A DNA stretch of 48,510 nt from Raillietiella orientalis. Its lineage: Eukaryota. Both the position numbers and the translations under genes were made by a program. The stretch lies in assembly GCA_036172245.1 (NCBI GenBank), contig JAYWIR010000117.1:62001-110510 (forward strand), written 5' to 3'. Of this stretch, positions 1 to 13,559 are shown in pieces (the first letter of the stretch is position 1; each line of letters opens with the position of its first letter). Below the pieces are notes generated by a model. It saw nothing but the letters and a program-made list of their open reading frames with translations. It did no database searches and was not told where the DNA came from.

Positions 1-3000
1 AGGAATTCCAACAGTAATCATAACAATACAAATATCGTTTAATATTATTCTATCCATTAATGAACTGCTGCTAAATGACCATTATCATAAATTAGACTGA
101 ATAAAACAAAAAACAAATGTATAGGATTAAACCAAATACGATAATTTTGATATTAATGAGGAATGGATTGGTCATACGCAACTTAAAAAGTGAGTTCCAT
201 CCGAGTATTAAACCTACTTGTGTGCAAAAAACTGAATGCCAGAAACAATAAAAGCAAAAACAGATTTCTACAAAACATTTTAAGACTTAAAAAACAAGGA
301 ATCTTCACAATCACTCTTAAGCAAATTGCCTTGTCGGGGGCATTCATTTGATTATCTCTAAAAATATACCTGCAATTATTTTCATACTTCTGAAGAGTAT
401 ACCATCACTTAATCTTCATCAAAACAATGAAAACAATACATTCAATTCTTTTCAGTAAAAAACCTTGTGCCTTGCAAATAAATATGGCCCACACAGGCTG
501 TTTTCAGATATGGATCTGAATCTCTATTCTTTGGGACTGAATGTTTTAGCTTTCTCCATAACTGTTTGTTAATAGTCATTAGGACTGATGCTGAATATCA
601 TAGAACTAATAATTTTTTGTTCAAGCATTTCTAAACACACTAGGAAATATCATACATTTTGCTTCACTTATCATCATTAGCTTATGGTATTTTTTTTAGA
701 GTGCACAATTTATGTACTCATAAACAATAACTATTCCACTGAGCAATTGTCTCTTAGTAAGACTGCAGTTTGTTTGTTAAAATCAAAAATTAATTACACT
801 AACTGAAAAGTAGTGCTAAAAAATTTACATTTGATTACCTGCTATTGCTAATCATATATCTAAATAAACTAATATTCCCAATTCTCTTTTCTGATCAGAC
901 ATTACTGTGAGCTTGTCAGGGATTCCACAAAGTGCATATTCAACTGTCTCAGTCTGCTTAAACAGACTTTTTTTTTAATCATATCAACATGATTTAAACA
1001 AATACCATGCAACATTATTTAAATAAATACCATGAATAGCGATGATACATTCACAATAATGGCCAATAACGAAATTTATCTCAAATACAATAATTAATGT
1101 ACAATTTATACGTGATAATGCATACTTTACTGTCATGTCCTTAATAAACACTAATTTGAAGTTTGTTACTGGAAGCATTCTCAATCCAGATTTGTTTTAA
1201 GTGCGATTTTACCAGTGCAATTTGATTGCTTGGCAAGGAATAGAATGTTTGGAAGTGTTTACGTTTTGAAAACGTGCTCATCATAATTAACTGTTCTGTA
1301 ACTGCTCCATGTCTTAAAATCCAAGACAGCGATTAACGCAGGGGAATATGACTATCAACAGACATGAAGATTATTTTCCCTTTTTTCCATCAGTTACCTC
1401 ATAGTAAAAGCAAGTGAAAGAACGTGAAATCTCCAATCAATCCCATGCTTCATTACGGGAACTCTTGCAGGAATACTATATACAACACTCAGCAAAGTAC
1501 TTACAACCAATGTTTCCGCATATTTTCGTTTACATACAGGGAATGCATTCTGGTTTGTTTATTGACAATAGAAGGATATAATTTTTCATCTACATAAACA
1601 TAAAAATAATAAATATAAGGATAGTATGCAGAAATAATATATACAACATTAAATAAGAACTAACTAATGAGATAATGAAAACATAAATTAATGAGAACTA
1701 ATCTTCATTCATACATAAGTTTCGAATATAACAGTTACTGAAGACAGTGTAATTTACAGCATACTTAGTTTTAATTCAGAAACTTTTCCAAGTTAAAGTT
1801 TTTATCTTTTATTCTTATGCATGAATCAGATTCTCTAAATATTTCTCCTTTCATAAAACACCCATTACCTCTAATCATATTATTCTCTGATTATCTGCTA
1901 CGGAAGTTACGCAACATGGTTAAAATATTTGTCAATTAAATTTGTAAATAAGTGCACAACTAAATTCAATTTGTAATTTTTCGAAGAGTTCAAGAGCAAT
2001 TATGCAAAGTTAGGTTTGGATTCTCATTTGTCGCTGAACATAAACTCAGTAAAACTTGAGCTCCAAAGATAAATATAAAGTATTTAATGGAAAATCACAA
2101 GAATTGATCTAAATTTTTAACTTGGCAGAAAGCTAATATTCAGTTAAAGACATATAATTAATAATTAAAAATAGAATCCTAATTTTTTATGAATTCAAAA
2201 GTTTAATGAGATTAACGTAAAAGGAGAAAAATAATTTTTCATTTCTTAAACTGAGAATCCAAGACAATTCAGTTGAATCGTTACAAAGAAAAAGTGCAAG
2301 GACTATTCTTTATAAACAATTACTTCACTGATTTATAACATGCTACGCATTAATGTTAGCAATGCAGTGCACGCGTATTATCAGATCACTAACATAATGA
2401 CTGTCTTCTAAGGTATGAAAAGCTGAATCGCCTTACGAATAGATAATCATATCATTATAATTAATGGATATTTTTTAACTAGAAATTAAGTTTGATTTTT
2501 CATGCTTTTCCACTGTTGCTTAAGGAAAATCTGCACCATTTGAACAACAGTGGCTATTGGGCTGTTTCCACTATCTGTGGCATCCTTATTCAATGAATTG
2601 TTAATTAAAACAGCAATTAATTAAGTTTATGAACAGTTTCGAATAGTTTACAAAAACCTTTATATCTGTTGTGTTCCCCTATTTATGAACCTTTCTTAGA
2701 TTTCTCTTCCTATGATAGGAGACTTGCTTCTAAGATACGCGAAATTTCCATATTCGCGAAGATGAGAAGAGGAACTTACTTCCTTGAAAAGGAGGGAAAG
2801 AGGTTTTCCCGGAAGTTTGTTTGCATTTCTGTTTCTTTTTGTAACGAAATCGAAAATGTAATCTGTAAAAAATATTCATTTTTTTTTCATTCCCAGATCA
2901 TGAGCACAAATCAATTTCGATGCTTCCCAAAATTTTGATCCATTTTCAATAAAGACAATCTGACATCTGGTAAATTTGCATCCACCATCTTATTTTTATT

Positions 3001-6000
3001 ACATCTTCATCATTGACATAGTTCAGAACTTCGTATCATAAACTATCTCCAAGCACTTAGTAGAAGTATTACTCTATATCTTAATAGATTTGCATATAGG
3101 AGTTTTTTCAGAATGTCGAATAAAATTAGTTTCCTGTTGATATTTTTTTGCTGTAGCTAAACTCACTACCTTAGTTCTCTTGAATTAAGAGTAATGAGAA
3201 AATAATTTCCTCAACTTCATTTGTGATCGTACTTATAGTTTATTGGCTGCTCTTCAAAATATTCAAGTTTCTTTTCCAAACTGCACTCGATATGCAATAA
3301 GAGAATGTTTTCGAACTCATACTATAAGTTCGAAAAACTTGGGAAACCGAGGAAGTACAAAAGGAGCAGGATCAAATTCCGTTCTCAAATGAAATCTCAA
3401 TTTTTTTTGAACGATTGTTTAAACATGGAGGAGACATCTTCCAAACCGAAACAGCACACTCGGTACAGGAAACAGTAAATTTAACTGTAATGAATGGTGA
3501 ATTCAAGAGACTTGTAAGATAGCGGATTCTCAAATGAAATCTTTGTTAATTATACTTAAGATATTTTGTTAAGTGGATATCCTATTACTGATTTTTAGAA
3601 TTTTCTCCATAATTCAAAGTTCTGTCTTTCTATCATGCCAGTTGCATTATTTGTCAGTATTACTGTAATTGCTATCCAAAACTTTCTTTGTTCACGTTTA
3701 ATGCAGAAACTCTTCGGACATATTCTATAAGATGATCTTCTCCGGAGTTTTTAATTCTTCAAAGTGCTAATAGAAAAACAAATATTTTGATGTTTTGCGA
3801 CAAAAAAACTCACTGACACGAAAAAACAACTCATTGAGGTACTACTGTTTTCTATTTTTTAAACTTGAAGCAGTAAGTAAATTTTTCATGAAATGTAAGC
3901 GTATTTTATGTTTGATACTGAAATAAATTTGTTTCATAGTAAATCAAATCAAATCCAAGAAACTTCTAGTTATGAAAATTTGTGCCATGCATTTATAACT
4001 GAATATTGCATGTACGCATAAATAGTATTTTTGAATATGCTAAAATAGTTGATTTTTCGTTCAAAAGTTTTGTATATTCTGCTTTAAATATGCTTTCATT
4101 TCATAAAACTCCTATTTGAAATCTTTTAAATAAGAGATCGAAATTTCTGATTCTGAATAGAAAATGAAAGAATAGACATAAATATTAAACATCTCATGTT
4201 TCGAATGTATATGTGCAAGTTTTATGGCTTAGAAGAAAAAATCTCTTTAGTGATTGCTGTGAAACTGATAAAGACCAAAAAAGTGATATGCACGTTCAGA
4301 ATATTGGGATATGCAGCAAACATTTATCAACAAAAATAATTAGCACAAGACAGAAAACAACCATTTCTGAGAAATAAATATATTGCATAATACATGCGTT
4401 GAATAATTCCGAAATGTATAAGATAAATTTCTGCAAATATTTTATGCAGAAAACAATTTTTAATAAATTGATTTTGGAATTAAGGGTTCTGTTACAATGT
4501 TCATTACGAATTTTCCATTAGTACAACGATATTCCTTCTTTATTGAGTGTGGTAAACCGGATAACCAAATAAAGTTGCATTTCTGCCTCAGCAAGCGTGA
4601 GAGTTTTGTTCTCGTCGGTGTATTTGATTGCCCAATAATGGTAAATTTTGAAGTCTTCATTAGTATTTTTACTTTGTGGAGATTGTTACTGTGAATGTTT
4701 TTTTCTTGCTGAAGATTATAAGGATTGGTTTGATTTTTCTTTGTCTTATGTTTGGGTTCAGTATGATGTTTCTTGCTTCGGTTTTCAGTTACAAAAGTGA
4801 CCAGCATTATTTAAAGTTAAAAAATCAGTGCTATTTTCTGTGAGATCTTGCTTTATTTATGAGAAATCCGAATGCCCAACAAGTAGATCCGGGATTGTGA
4901 GAGTGATTGTTGTACTTGTAAAGTTAGGAGTCAGTGATTAAGGTTTTCGTGTGCTCCTTCATTATTCCAAACAAAGTTTGAAGATAACTATTTGTTGTGT
5001 ACTTGTTTAGGATGTTGTGTAAAATGTAATTTCGAGGCATTTTCAATGCATTGATCTCTTTCATAAAAGTGATTCTCTAAGAGAAAAAGATCCTGCAGGA
5101 AAGTTTGCGATGCGAAGAATGAGTATAAGCACATATAATTAACTAAAAGCCATAAACATAACTTTATTTATTGTATCAGCAATTTTGTTTTGTAGTACGT
5201 TGAAGGTTCTGAGCTTTTGTTATTATGGTGTTCTAAAAGCAGCTATGAAATTACCATTCTGGATTATTTCAATTCAACAGAAATACATGTGCTATCGTAT
5301 ATAATGCGCATTCAGTATTATGAGAGGTGTAGAATGAGAATCGTATTTATCATCTTATGGTTGCGTATTGATTGAGAATTTCACAAAAGTATTGCTTTCT
5401 TATAAAATTATTTCCGGAATTTATTATCATATTGTTTGGGAACTTCATGAAATACAGGGTTCTTTGGTATTTTGGAAGTTTGTTTGTTCTTTGTGTATTC
5501 TTTGTATTGCTGGTAACTTATTCATTTTAAGTTGATAAGTATTTTCAACCATTTGTTACTGGAATTACGAGACTGTGCTCCTCATAGACCAATAATCCCA
5601 GCCTGACATTCTTGCCTGGCCTCCTACTTGCTCAAAATGAACTTATGGGAAGGGATCACTTTAAGATTTTTTTCTTTTGTCATTTTTTTTGAAATTTCAT
5701 TTTGGTCTTAAGGTTTTGGCCTGTTCTAGTCACCGTTGACTTCATTAGCAGAAAATGACTTTCTTATTCAACACTATGTATCTTTCATTTGCCTTGCCAT
5801 GAGTTGTAGTGCCAATTATTTTAGTGCTATGTAATTACGTAATGATTTTTAATGATGTTGGCAAAGCAGTGCACATGATTTCTAAGGCCTGAGATGTCGA
5901 AGCATGTTTTATGGTATAACTTTATAATTAGCAGATTTCTGCAATATTTTGTGTACTAATATGCCTGATTTTTCTTTGAATGCTTTTTTTGCTGTTCATA

Positions 6001-7175
6001 TTTGTGACTTTCACTGCTACATTGTGGTACATGTATGGGTGATGTGCATTTGCATTTGTGCACCATTCATGTTATACTGTTTGGTATTGTATTTGTCATG
6101 ACTGCCAGGTATTGATTTTTATGTGACTATCTTATGGGTGATTCATAAACAGTATAGTTATGTGTAGTGGGCATAACCATATTACAACTATATTCATTAG
6201 TTAAAATTGAGTTTTACGAAAACCATATTGCTCCTATATTTCATGTGCTTTCTTATTCACAACACTCAGGGATCATTCAATTGTATCTTAAATTAGGTTG
6301 TATGCTAGAGTTTAGTGCTGAAAATGCATTGTTAAGGTTTTTCATAACATGATATCCTAGGGCAGCAACATTTTTTTTTTTTTGTTATCTTTCCTGTCAC
6401 TTGTGATTTGGAATTCCAGCTTTGTTCCCCAAATTCTCAGATTCTGCTGAGCAAAACATTTTTCATATGTTTGCCATACTTATCTGCCTTTATTAATGTA
6501 TTTTCCATGTTGATTCTTAATTATTTGGTTGTTGATTCCCTAATATTAAGCGTTTTTTTTTTTTTTTGGCCCACCCAATCAAATATGGTAGGAGCAATAA
6601 CCAAAGTTTGTGTTTTTTAATATATAATTTTTTTTTCAGCATTTGATTTTGTATTTTATGTAATTTGTGTTGAATAGATATTTGGTATTATTACTAACAA
6701 CCATTGTATTAGCCAGTGTTTTGAGTCGTACTTCATACTTTGCTCAGGAACATAATGCTCTAACATTGTGACTACTTATAAATGAAATTCTTAGAGAAGC
6801 AGACTTTTGCATAAACAATCAGTGTATAGAGTTCAAATTGCATGAAGATACAGAAAACAAAAATTTCTAGAGTCTATAATGAATGATTATTTTTGTTGGA
6901 ATATAGTTTGTTTATTGTTTATTGAGGTTAATGAGTAGATAGTTGTTTATGGGAGGTGAACTGAGCAGATTGAAATTAGATTTATTAAGTATAGACAGTT
7001 CTTAATCATTTTTTTTCTCATTTTTAATCATTTTTGTATGTGTCTCATGTATGCAAATTTCAAGATGTCAGTTGTATAATTTAATTAGCTTAGTGCAATG
7101 TACAATTCTTGAGAAAAAATTGAAATTGACATGGAATTGACATTCTTTTTTGTTTTTCATTCACTGTTGTTTCAG

Positions 7176-9445
7176 ATGCCAATATCTTTAAATCCTGTTC
7201 AAGTTCTCAAACCTGATGCGGAGGAAGAAAAGCATGAAGTGGCAAGACTATCTACTTTTGTAGGTGCCATTGCCATTGGTGATTTAGTGAAATCTACACT
7301 TGGTCCCAAAGGAATGGATAAAATTCTTGTTTCATATGGAAGGAATGAAGGTATAATAATTCTTTTGTATAATTCCAGATTTAAAACTCGCATCTTGCTT
7401 TTCTTATTTATAAATGATACATTGGGATCTGTGACAGAATCTAAATAGATGTATTAATTGTTCTTGTAAATACCTTTCTAGTTTCTTTGAAGTCAGGCAT
7501 ATAATCAAGGTTAATTATGGTAACTAATTCGTATTGCCAGTTTTTCTAATTCAGTTAAAATTATTTTTGATTGCTATTACTAGAATGATATGATGAAATA
7601 ATGAATTGCTTAAGATGTGCCTGTTTGTATGTTTGTACTTATACATTAATTTGTTTTGGTTACAAAATTTGTGTTAAACTTTCAAAAGTGTCTTCTTTGA
7701 TGAATACCATTCTGCTTCAGGGAATGTGGAAATCACCAATGATGGTGCCACCATCCTGAAAAATATAGGAGTTGATAATCCAGCTGCTAAAGTACTTGTG
7801 GAGATTTCCAAAGTGCAAGATAATGAGGTTGGGGATGGCACAACTTCAGTAGCTGTTTTAGGTATGCATGACTTCACATGGATGGAGTTTCTGTAGATGA
7901 ACTAATAATCACTATAGCTGCGGAGCTTCTGAAGGAAGCAGAGAAATTGATTTTGATGAAAATTCATCCACAAACTATTGCTATGGGCTGGCGCAGATCT
8001 ACAGATACAGCTGTCAATGCACTTAGGAACAGTGCCCAAAATCATGGGTATTTGCCTTTGTAGAAAAGTATTTTTTTTTACAGTTCGTGTTAGGGCTGAT
8101 CCAAAGGCCTTCAGAATTGATTTACATAATATTGCTAAAACAACACTGAGTTCTAAGATCCTTGCTCAGCACAAGGATCATTTTGCATCCCTGGCTGTTG
8201 AGGCTGTGCTACGTCTGAAAGGATCAGGAAACCTTGATGCTATTCAGATTATCAAAAAGCAAGGAGGCACTTTGCTTGATTCTTATTTGGATGATGGCAA
8301 GGCTTATGTTCAAAATTTCTTGTCATTTACAATTTCATTGCTATGTAGGGTTCCTTCTGGACAAGAAACCAGGAGTATACCAACCAAAAAGGATCGAAAA
8401 TGCCAGAATCCTTATTGCTAATACACCAATGGACACTGACAAAATCAAAGTCTTTGGGTCACATGTGCGAGTGGATGCAGTTTCCAAAATTGCGGAATTG
8501 GAACTCGCAGAGAAAGAAAAAATGAAAGAAAAAGTGGAAGCCATTCTTCGACATGACATTAATGTGTTTATTAATCGGTAGACCTCGGAGTTGCTCATTC
8601 TTCCAGATGATGTTTTTGTAGCCAGCTTATTTACAATTATCCTGAGCAGTTGTTCACAGATGCCAAGGTTATGGCTATTGAGCATGCTGACTTTGATGGC
8701 ATTGAACGTTTAGCATTAGTCACTGGTGGAGAAATTGTATCCACATTTTCTCATCCAGAAATCGTCAAATTAGGCCACTGTGATCTCATTGAAGAGGTTA
8801 ACTGAAAGAAGTAATCTGTTACTTGATTCTTGCTGTTTTGCAGATTATGATCGGAGAGGACAAATTGTTGAGGTTTTCTGGTGTACCACTAGGGGAAGCT
8901 TGCAGCATTGTGCTTCGTGGTGCTACTCACCAGATTCTTGATGAAGCAGAAAGATCTGTTCATGATGCATTGTGTGTGCTGCAGCAGACAGTGCAAGACT
9001 CGAAAATTTGTTTTGGGGGAGGTTGCAGTGAAATTTTGATGGCTGTAGCTATCCTGAAGGCAGCTTCTCAAGTTGCTGGCAAAGAAGCTATAGCTATGGA
9101 ATCATTTGCTCATGCCTTAATGCAGTTACCTACAATAATTGCTGATAATGCAGGTTATGATTCTGCGGATCTTATTACTAAATTGCGTGCTGCCCATGCC
9201 ACTGGTGATGTGACAGCAGGAATTGGTAAGTTAGAATCCATTCTGAAAGCAGTGCTTATGTTTGCATATTAGATATGGAAAAAGGGGATGTAGGTAACAT
9301 GGAAGCAATTGGAATCACTGAATCATTCCGAGTTAAGGAAAAAGTTCTTTTATCAGCATCTGAAGCTGCTGAAATGATTTTGAGAGTTGATGACATAATA
9401 AAGGCTGCACCACGAAAACGTGTGCCCGATCGCCATCCGTGCTAA
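7176..9445 (+). CDS. CCT2: T-complex protein 1 subunit beta (CCT-beta), 8 coding exons: 7176-7350, 7721-7861, 7918-8047, 8094-8296, 8349-8577, 8622-8796, 8844-9225, 9273-9445; 535 aa
   Basis: Spliced translation contains chaperonin motifs [59 protein letters not shown] and the C-terminus [22 protein letters not shown]. Exon lengths sum to 1608 nt in frame. The ATG directly follows an acceptor (ttcag), so an upstream exon probably exists. Confidence 0.97.
8297..8348 (+). other. Non-canonical GC-AG intron (52 nt) in CCT2
   Basis: Joining YLDD-G to FLLDKK (conserved DxGFLLDKK) requires donor G|GCAAGG at 8297 and acceptor TGTAG|GG at 8348. Confidence 0.85.
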
Positions 9446-11769
9446 TTGTTAGCATTTGTATAAACTGTTGTTTACCAAGAAATTTTGTACATTTACTAGT
9501 TTTCTGATTCTCACTTTTTTCTTAAGTTTTTATCTGATCACGTTATGATTTGATTTCCTTTCTACGTATTAGGGTCATGGCATATCAACGAGCCTACAGT
9601 ACCGAATATTCGAAAATGAAGCCATCAGAAGGGTTTCAAGTTCATCTATAGATGAATTTTTGTTGACAAAAAATGTGAATCGGAATAGAAAATTATTGCA
9701 AATTTCGAAGTTTTCATTTTCTACCTTTAAATTTCATAAGGGTATTTATATTAGCTAATTCGCTGGAGAGTGCGTGTTTTAGTGTTTAAACGTGTTGCTG
9801 TAATTGGTTAATCCCTCATCAATCGCGCTACTCTTTTTGTTTTTCTAACAGGAATTAATCACAATATTTATTAAACATGGCGCATAGAGGGAAATTCACG
9901 TGCTCAAGTGCCGTGCCTAATTGAAAAAGTCGGCTAGCCGGAATCTTTGATAGCTACCTGGAAGATGAACTTGTTCCGTACGTTGCGCGTACGTCAGTAG
10001 TACGAGTAAGCTGCTGACATCACCACGAAGTCACCGAATCACCTGCTATTCCCGACACCTACCATGGCAGAACTGCATCTTCGTAACAGCATCGGAACTT
10101 CCGAAATACGATACGAGTGGTTCGGAAAGCGTTGAAGCGTCAGCAGGTGCCTACTCAGCTTGCTGCCGTGCTCCATTAGTCTCCAGACGCACTGAGAAAT
10201 CGAGTAATGCTCTCCTCCGCTCTTCGAGCGACGGCAAGTGGTCAGGTGCCTCGCGTAATGGAATACAGTAGTGGGTTTGTGGTGACTTCAAGTGTTGAGG
10301 GCCCCGGCATGCAAAAAAAATGAATTGCAAGAATCCTAAAACCAAGATTCAGGAATTGCTTTCGTGTTACTGCTCTTGCATGCTGATTTGTATGAATGCA
10401 TGAAACCCTGGTTTGCAGACCACACATTCAGTGAGGAAAGGATAAGAGAACTGAATCACAGTGGTTTCAAAATGGGTAATGAGCTTTGAGAACTGTTGCT
10501 GGGAGTTCCGCTATCCGTACTCACAGTGGAAACCGTATCCTTCGATGTTGATAACCATAGGGATGCAGGGATTAAAGACTTCGAAACAAGGAAACCAAAT
10601 AGTAGTGAAAAGTCGGTATAGCTGTTTCCAAGTTCGTTTTTTCGTGCGAGCTGCAAAATGCATTTAGAAAGAAAAATACTCATTCATTCCACAAAACTCA
10701 GCGTCCCATGGACCTTAAAGGAGGATACGTTAGGAAGCATGCCCAAAGGTAGGAGCAAGTTAGATCATCCCTCAAATACTCTCGCAAGACCAAACAGCAA
10801 CGCTGCGCTTTGAGGATTGAGGGGAAAAATGACATTTGGATACAAAAAGATAAAATAATAACTTCAAGGTGGAAGTATGCAGGAGACGATGAATCCTGAC
10901 GATGTTTAATGCCAGTTATAACGGATGTGCCTGACAAATGGGAAGACATCCACAATAACGAATCTTAGCGCGATAAGGAAAAGAGAGAGTCCTCGCAAAT
11001 ACAGAAAAAATTCCTGGTGGACAAGACACTCGTTGCGCATGTTAGCCATTAAGCATGGCCTCAGACGTCAGTCAATCGCTAAATAAATAAATAAGAATGT
11101 GTTTCCTACCTGAAAAGGTGTGTGGATAAGCATGCAGGGACGACGCTGGCGCCTGTCCGCGACCACCAAGCTGGCAAGAATAGGTAGCAGAACAAATGAA
11201 AAGGGTGGGGGGTTAAGGTGGCACACGAAACGGAGCGCGCGGAAAGGAGGCTCGCAATTTCATCCTAAACGACCCGCCATTCCGTTCGAATCAGAAGGGT
11301 GGCAAGCAACAGTACTGCCTCACCCTTACTGCCGGAAAAACCTCTCGGCGTTCAAAAGCGAGAGGCGCACGCGCGTGCGGCGATGCTGGCATCCCTGCCG
11401 CGAGCACGGTGCGGTCGGCCGCTCGATGTCGCGGCGAACACAAAGTCGGTGCATGAGGAGCAAGGACCGCCGAACACACGTTGCTCGGAGAACACGTGCT
11501 CGCAAGGTGTGCCTCGCGCAGGCGCTCGCTCGCACCTGCGCGCCGAGGAACTCTTGAGTCTCTTTCGTTCCCTTTGTACGGGCAGCCGCAAGGTCTCTTC
11601 GAGTTGGTTACAAAGGGAGATTCTTGCAGAATCTTCCTATCATTGGAGATGCCTATCATTGTTTCGTCATCGAACGTTCTTGGTGTCGATCGAAGATTCG
11701 ATTTTCCCCAATCCCACAGGGGTGGAGTAAATTGGTTTTTCTTTTCATTCATACTACATTTTCATTCAT

Positions 11770-12960
11770 TCTCTATGCTCAATCACACCACTAGTTGAAG
11801 TCTACTTGTTGGGGTTTTCCACTGAGGTTCTGCATTTTTGGGAACTGGGCGTCGTATGTGCCTGGGAGTTGTCCTTAATCCTCTGCAGGATGTATCGGTA
11901 TCGGTCCAGGCCCGCACTCTTCCACAGTTTCTTATGCCGATCTCTTTTTGGATCATCCCTTTCGGGATTTCCATTGAAGATACAGTCACTCTGTCGGTCC
12001 TCATCTTCCACTATCGCACAAGGATGGCGGTGATGAAGAGGGCGATGGCCATCCTAAGCATGGGATTAAAACAGGGGACATTCCCGCTTCCTTGGAACAT
12101 CCCCGCTAAGATTCCCACGACTGAAATGTTGGGCAGCCTTATGACCCTTTTCAAGGTTTTCCAGTCATGCTGCTTCGTGGAACAGGACGTGAAGTCTGCA
12201 TCCTTGTCTCCACATGCTTTGCAGTCCTCGTCCTCTCTTCTTCCCGTGAAGTACTTCATCCTAGACCTGCTCAGGATTCTTCCATGATAAAACATCAGGA
12301 AGTTATCTTCGGAGTCCGGCAGTAGGTCATTCCTCCAGAGCGTCGTTCCAATAGCTAACAGGTTGACCGTGTCGCTCCCATAGCGATCGGCAGCTTCTTG
12401 GAGGGCACTGGTAGGAGACGGTGCGCACCCTTTTGGTTCATCCTGAACCACGATAAGTTGTGATTTTTCCACACTTCACGCGTCTGGTGGGTGAGCCTTC
12501 CTGAAAACAGCTCGATGTACCACAGGTGTGGGAGGTGTGTTAGTATCCTCCCTTTTTCCAACTTTTTGGTCCTCTTCTGAAGGTAACTCTGGGCCGCTGG
12601 TAGATCCAGCTCCTCGTGTCGCTTGGGACCGGGAGCAGCCATGGGATCACCAGGATGGATTCTCCCTGCCAGAGTTCCTTACTTTTAGCCGCTATCTTAA
12701 TTTGGTGTTTTCGCACTAGTGCCTGTTTCCTCTTGCAGGTCGGGTCGATGGATAAGCATTCCCCTGCTCGGCCGAATAACGCAGTCAGGACCCTCGAACT
12801 GTTCAATAATAGCGAGTACGTCCCGTGAGCAGAGTATGACCAGTTGTCCCAGTTGGCAGCGATGTCCAGGATTGTGCAGATGTGCCTTCGGAGCGCTCCC
12901 GCGAGTGAACACTGAAATTGTTTCTCGAAATTCTTGGTGACGATCCCTCGTGTTCCTTCG
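11770..12960 (-). mobile_element. Decayed 3' part of an L1/Tx1-type non-LTR retrotransposon ORF2 (post-RT region plus zf-RVT-like domain)
   Basis: Minus ORFs 12011-12472 and 11783-12004 read LW...FLMFYHGRILSRSRMKYF...EDCKACG...W...ILVR*WKMRTDR, the typical layout of the zinc-binding C-terminus of L1-clade RTs. Contains frameshifts and stops. Confidence 0.65.
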
Positions 12961-12989
12961 TTTGCTATATTCCCCAGGTGAAATTGTTG

Positions 12990-13250
12990 TTTTTCACCCG
13001 GGTGCGCCGGGCGTTCATTTAAAAACTATCTGGAAACCAGGCTCCCAGACAAAGGCTACAAGAGATCGAAGGGTGGGATCCCCGACACGCAGGTCGGTAA
13101 AACTGAAAGTCCGGAACATGAGGGAGAAGACCACAAATAAATTGATAAAAAATATACATAAAAATATGGAGGATTTTGGGGACAGGAATCTTTGACTTCG
13201 GCGGTTCCTTCTTTCCAGAACCGTGAAATTGTTGGAACCTGGTGGATCCA
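12990..13250 (-). mobile_element. Isolated 3' end/UTR of the same LINE family as the copies at 16.8-19.6 kb
   Basis: Same order of T-rich tract, ACC/ACG..CTGCG..TCGG motif and terminal CCCGG-N5-CCGGG hairpin (12997-13011) as the other copies. Confidence 0.5.
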
Positions 13251-13559
13251 CAAGGGTTGCAATGACATTGCGGTGGTTGATTGAATTCTTCGCTTATTTT
13301 TATTATGGAAATCATGGTCATGGACTACAAACAACAATTTTGGCAGCTGCATAAACGTGTCAATTTAGGGTTAAAATGTGTATCTATGTCAACTTTGTAA
13401 CGCACCTGCACCGTGCGTTACTCGCGTGACAGAATCCTCTCGAGCGGTCTGAAAGTATTCGTGCCGTCTCTGAACCCTGTCGCGGTCGCACCGGCACTTC
13501 TGAACTCGGATCGTAGTGTGTTGAGACTCGATGAAATGCCTGCGTTTGAAGAATATTCA

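Noticed and set aside
200..1560. Possible minus-strand multi-exon gene (several GT/AG-bounded segments)
   Set aside because: Could not assemble a stop-free spliced frame or recognise a protein family.
7351..7720. Intronic C/D snoRNA in CCT2 intron 1 (ATGATGA at about 7590)
   Set aside because: No properly placed CTGA D box or terminal stem.
10060..10260. Possible Ty3/gypsy gag remnant (ELPKYDTSGSESVE..)
   Set aside because: Single weak motif; no LTR, PBS or pol sequence found.
13370..13395. aatgtgtatct upstream of the RLE element as a degenerate U2 target
   Set aside because: Too short and gapped to distinguish from chance.
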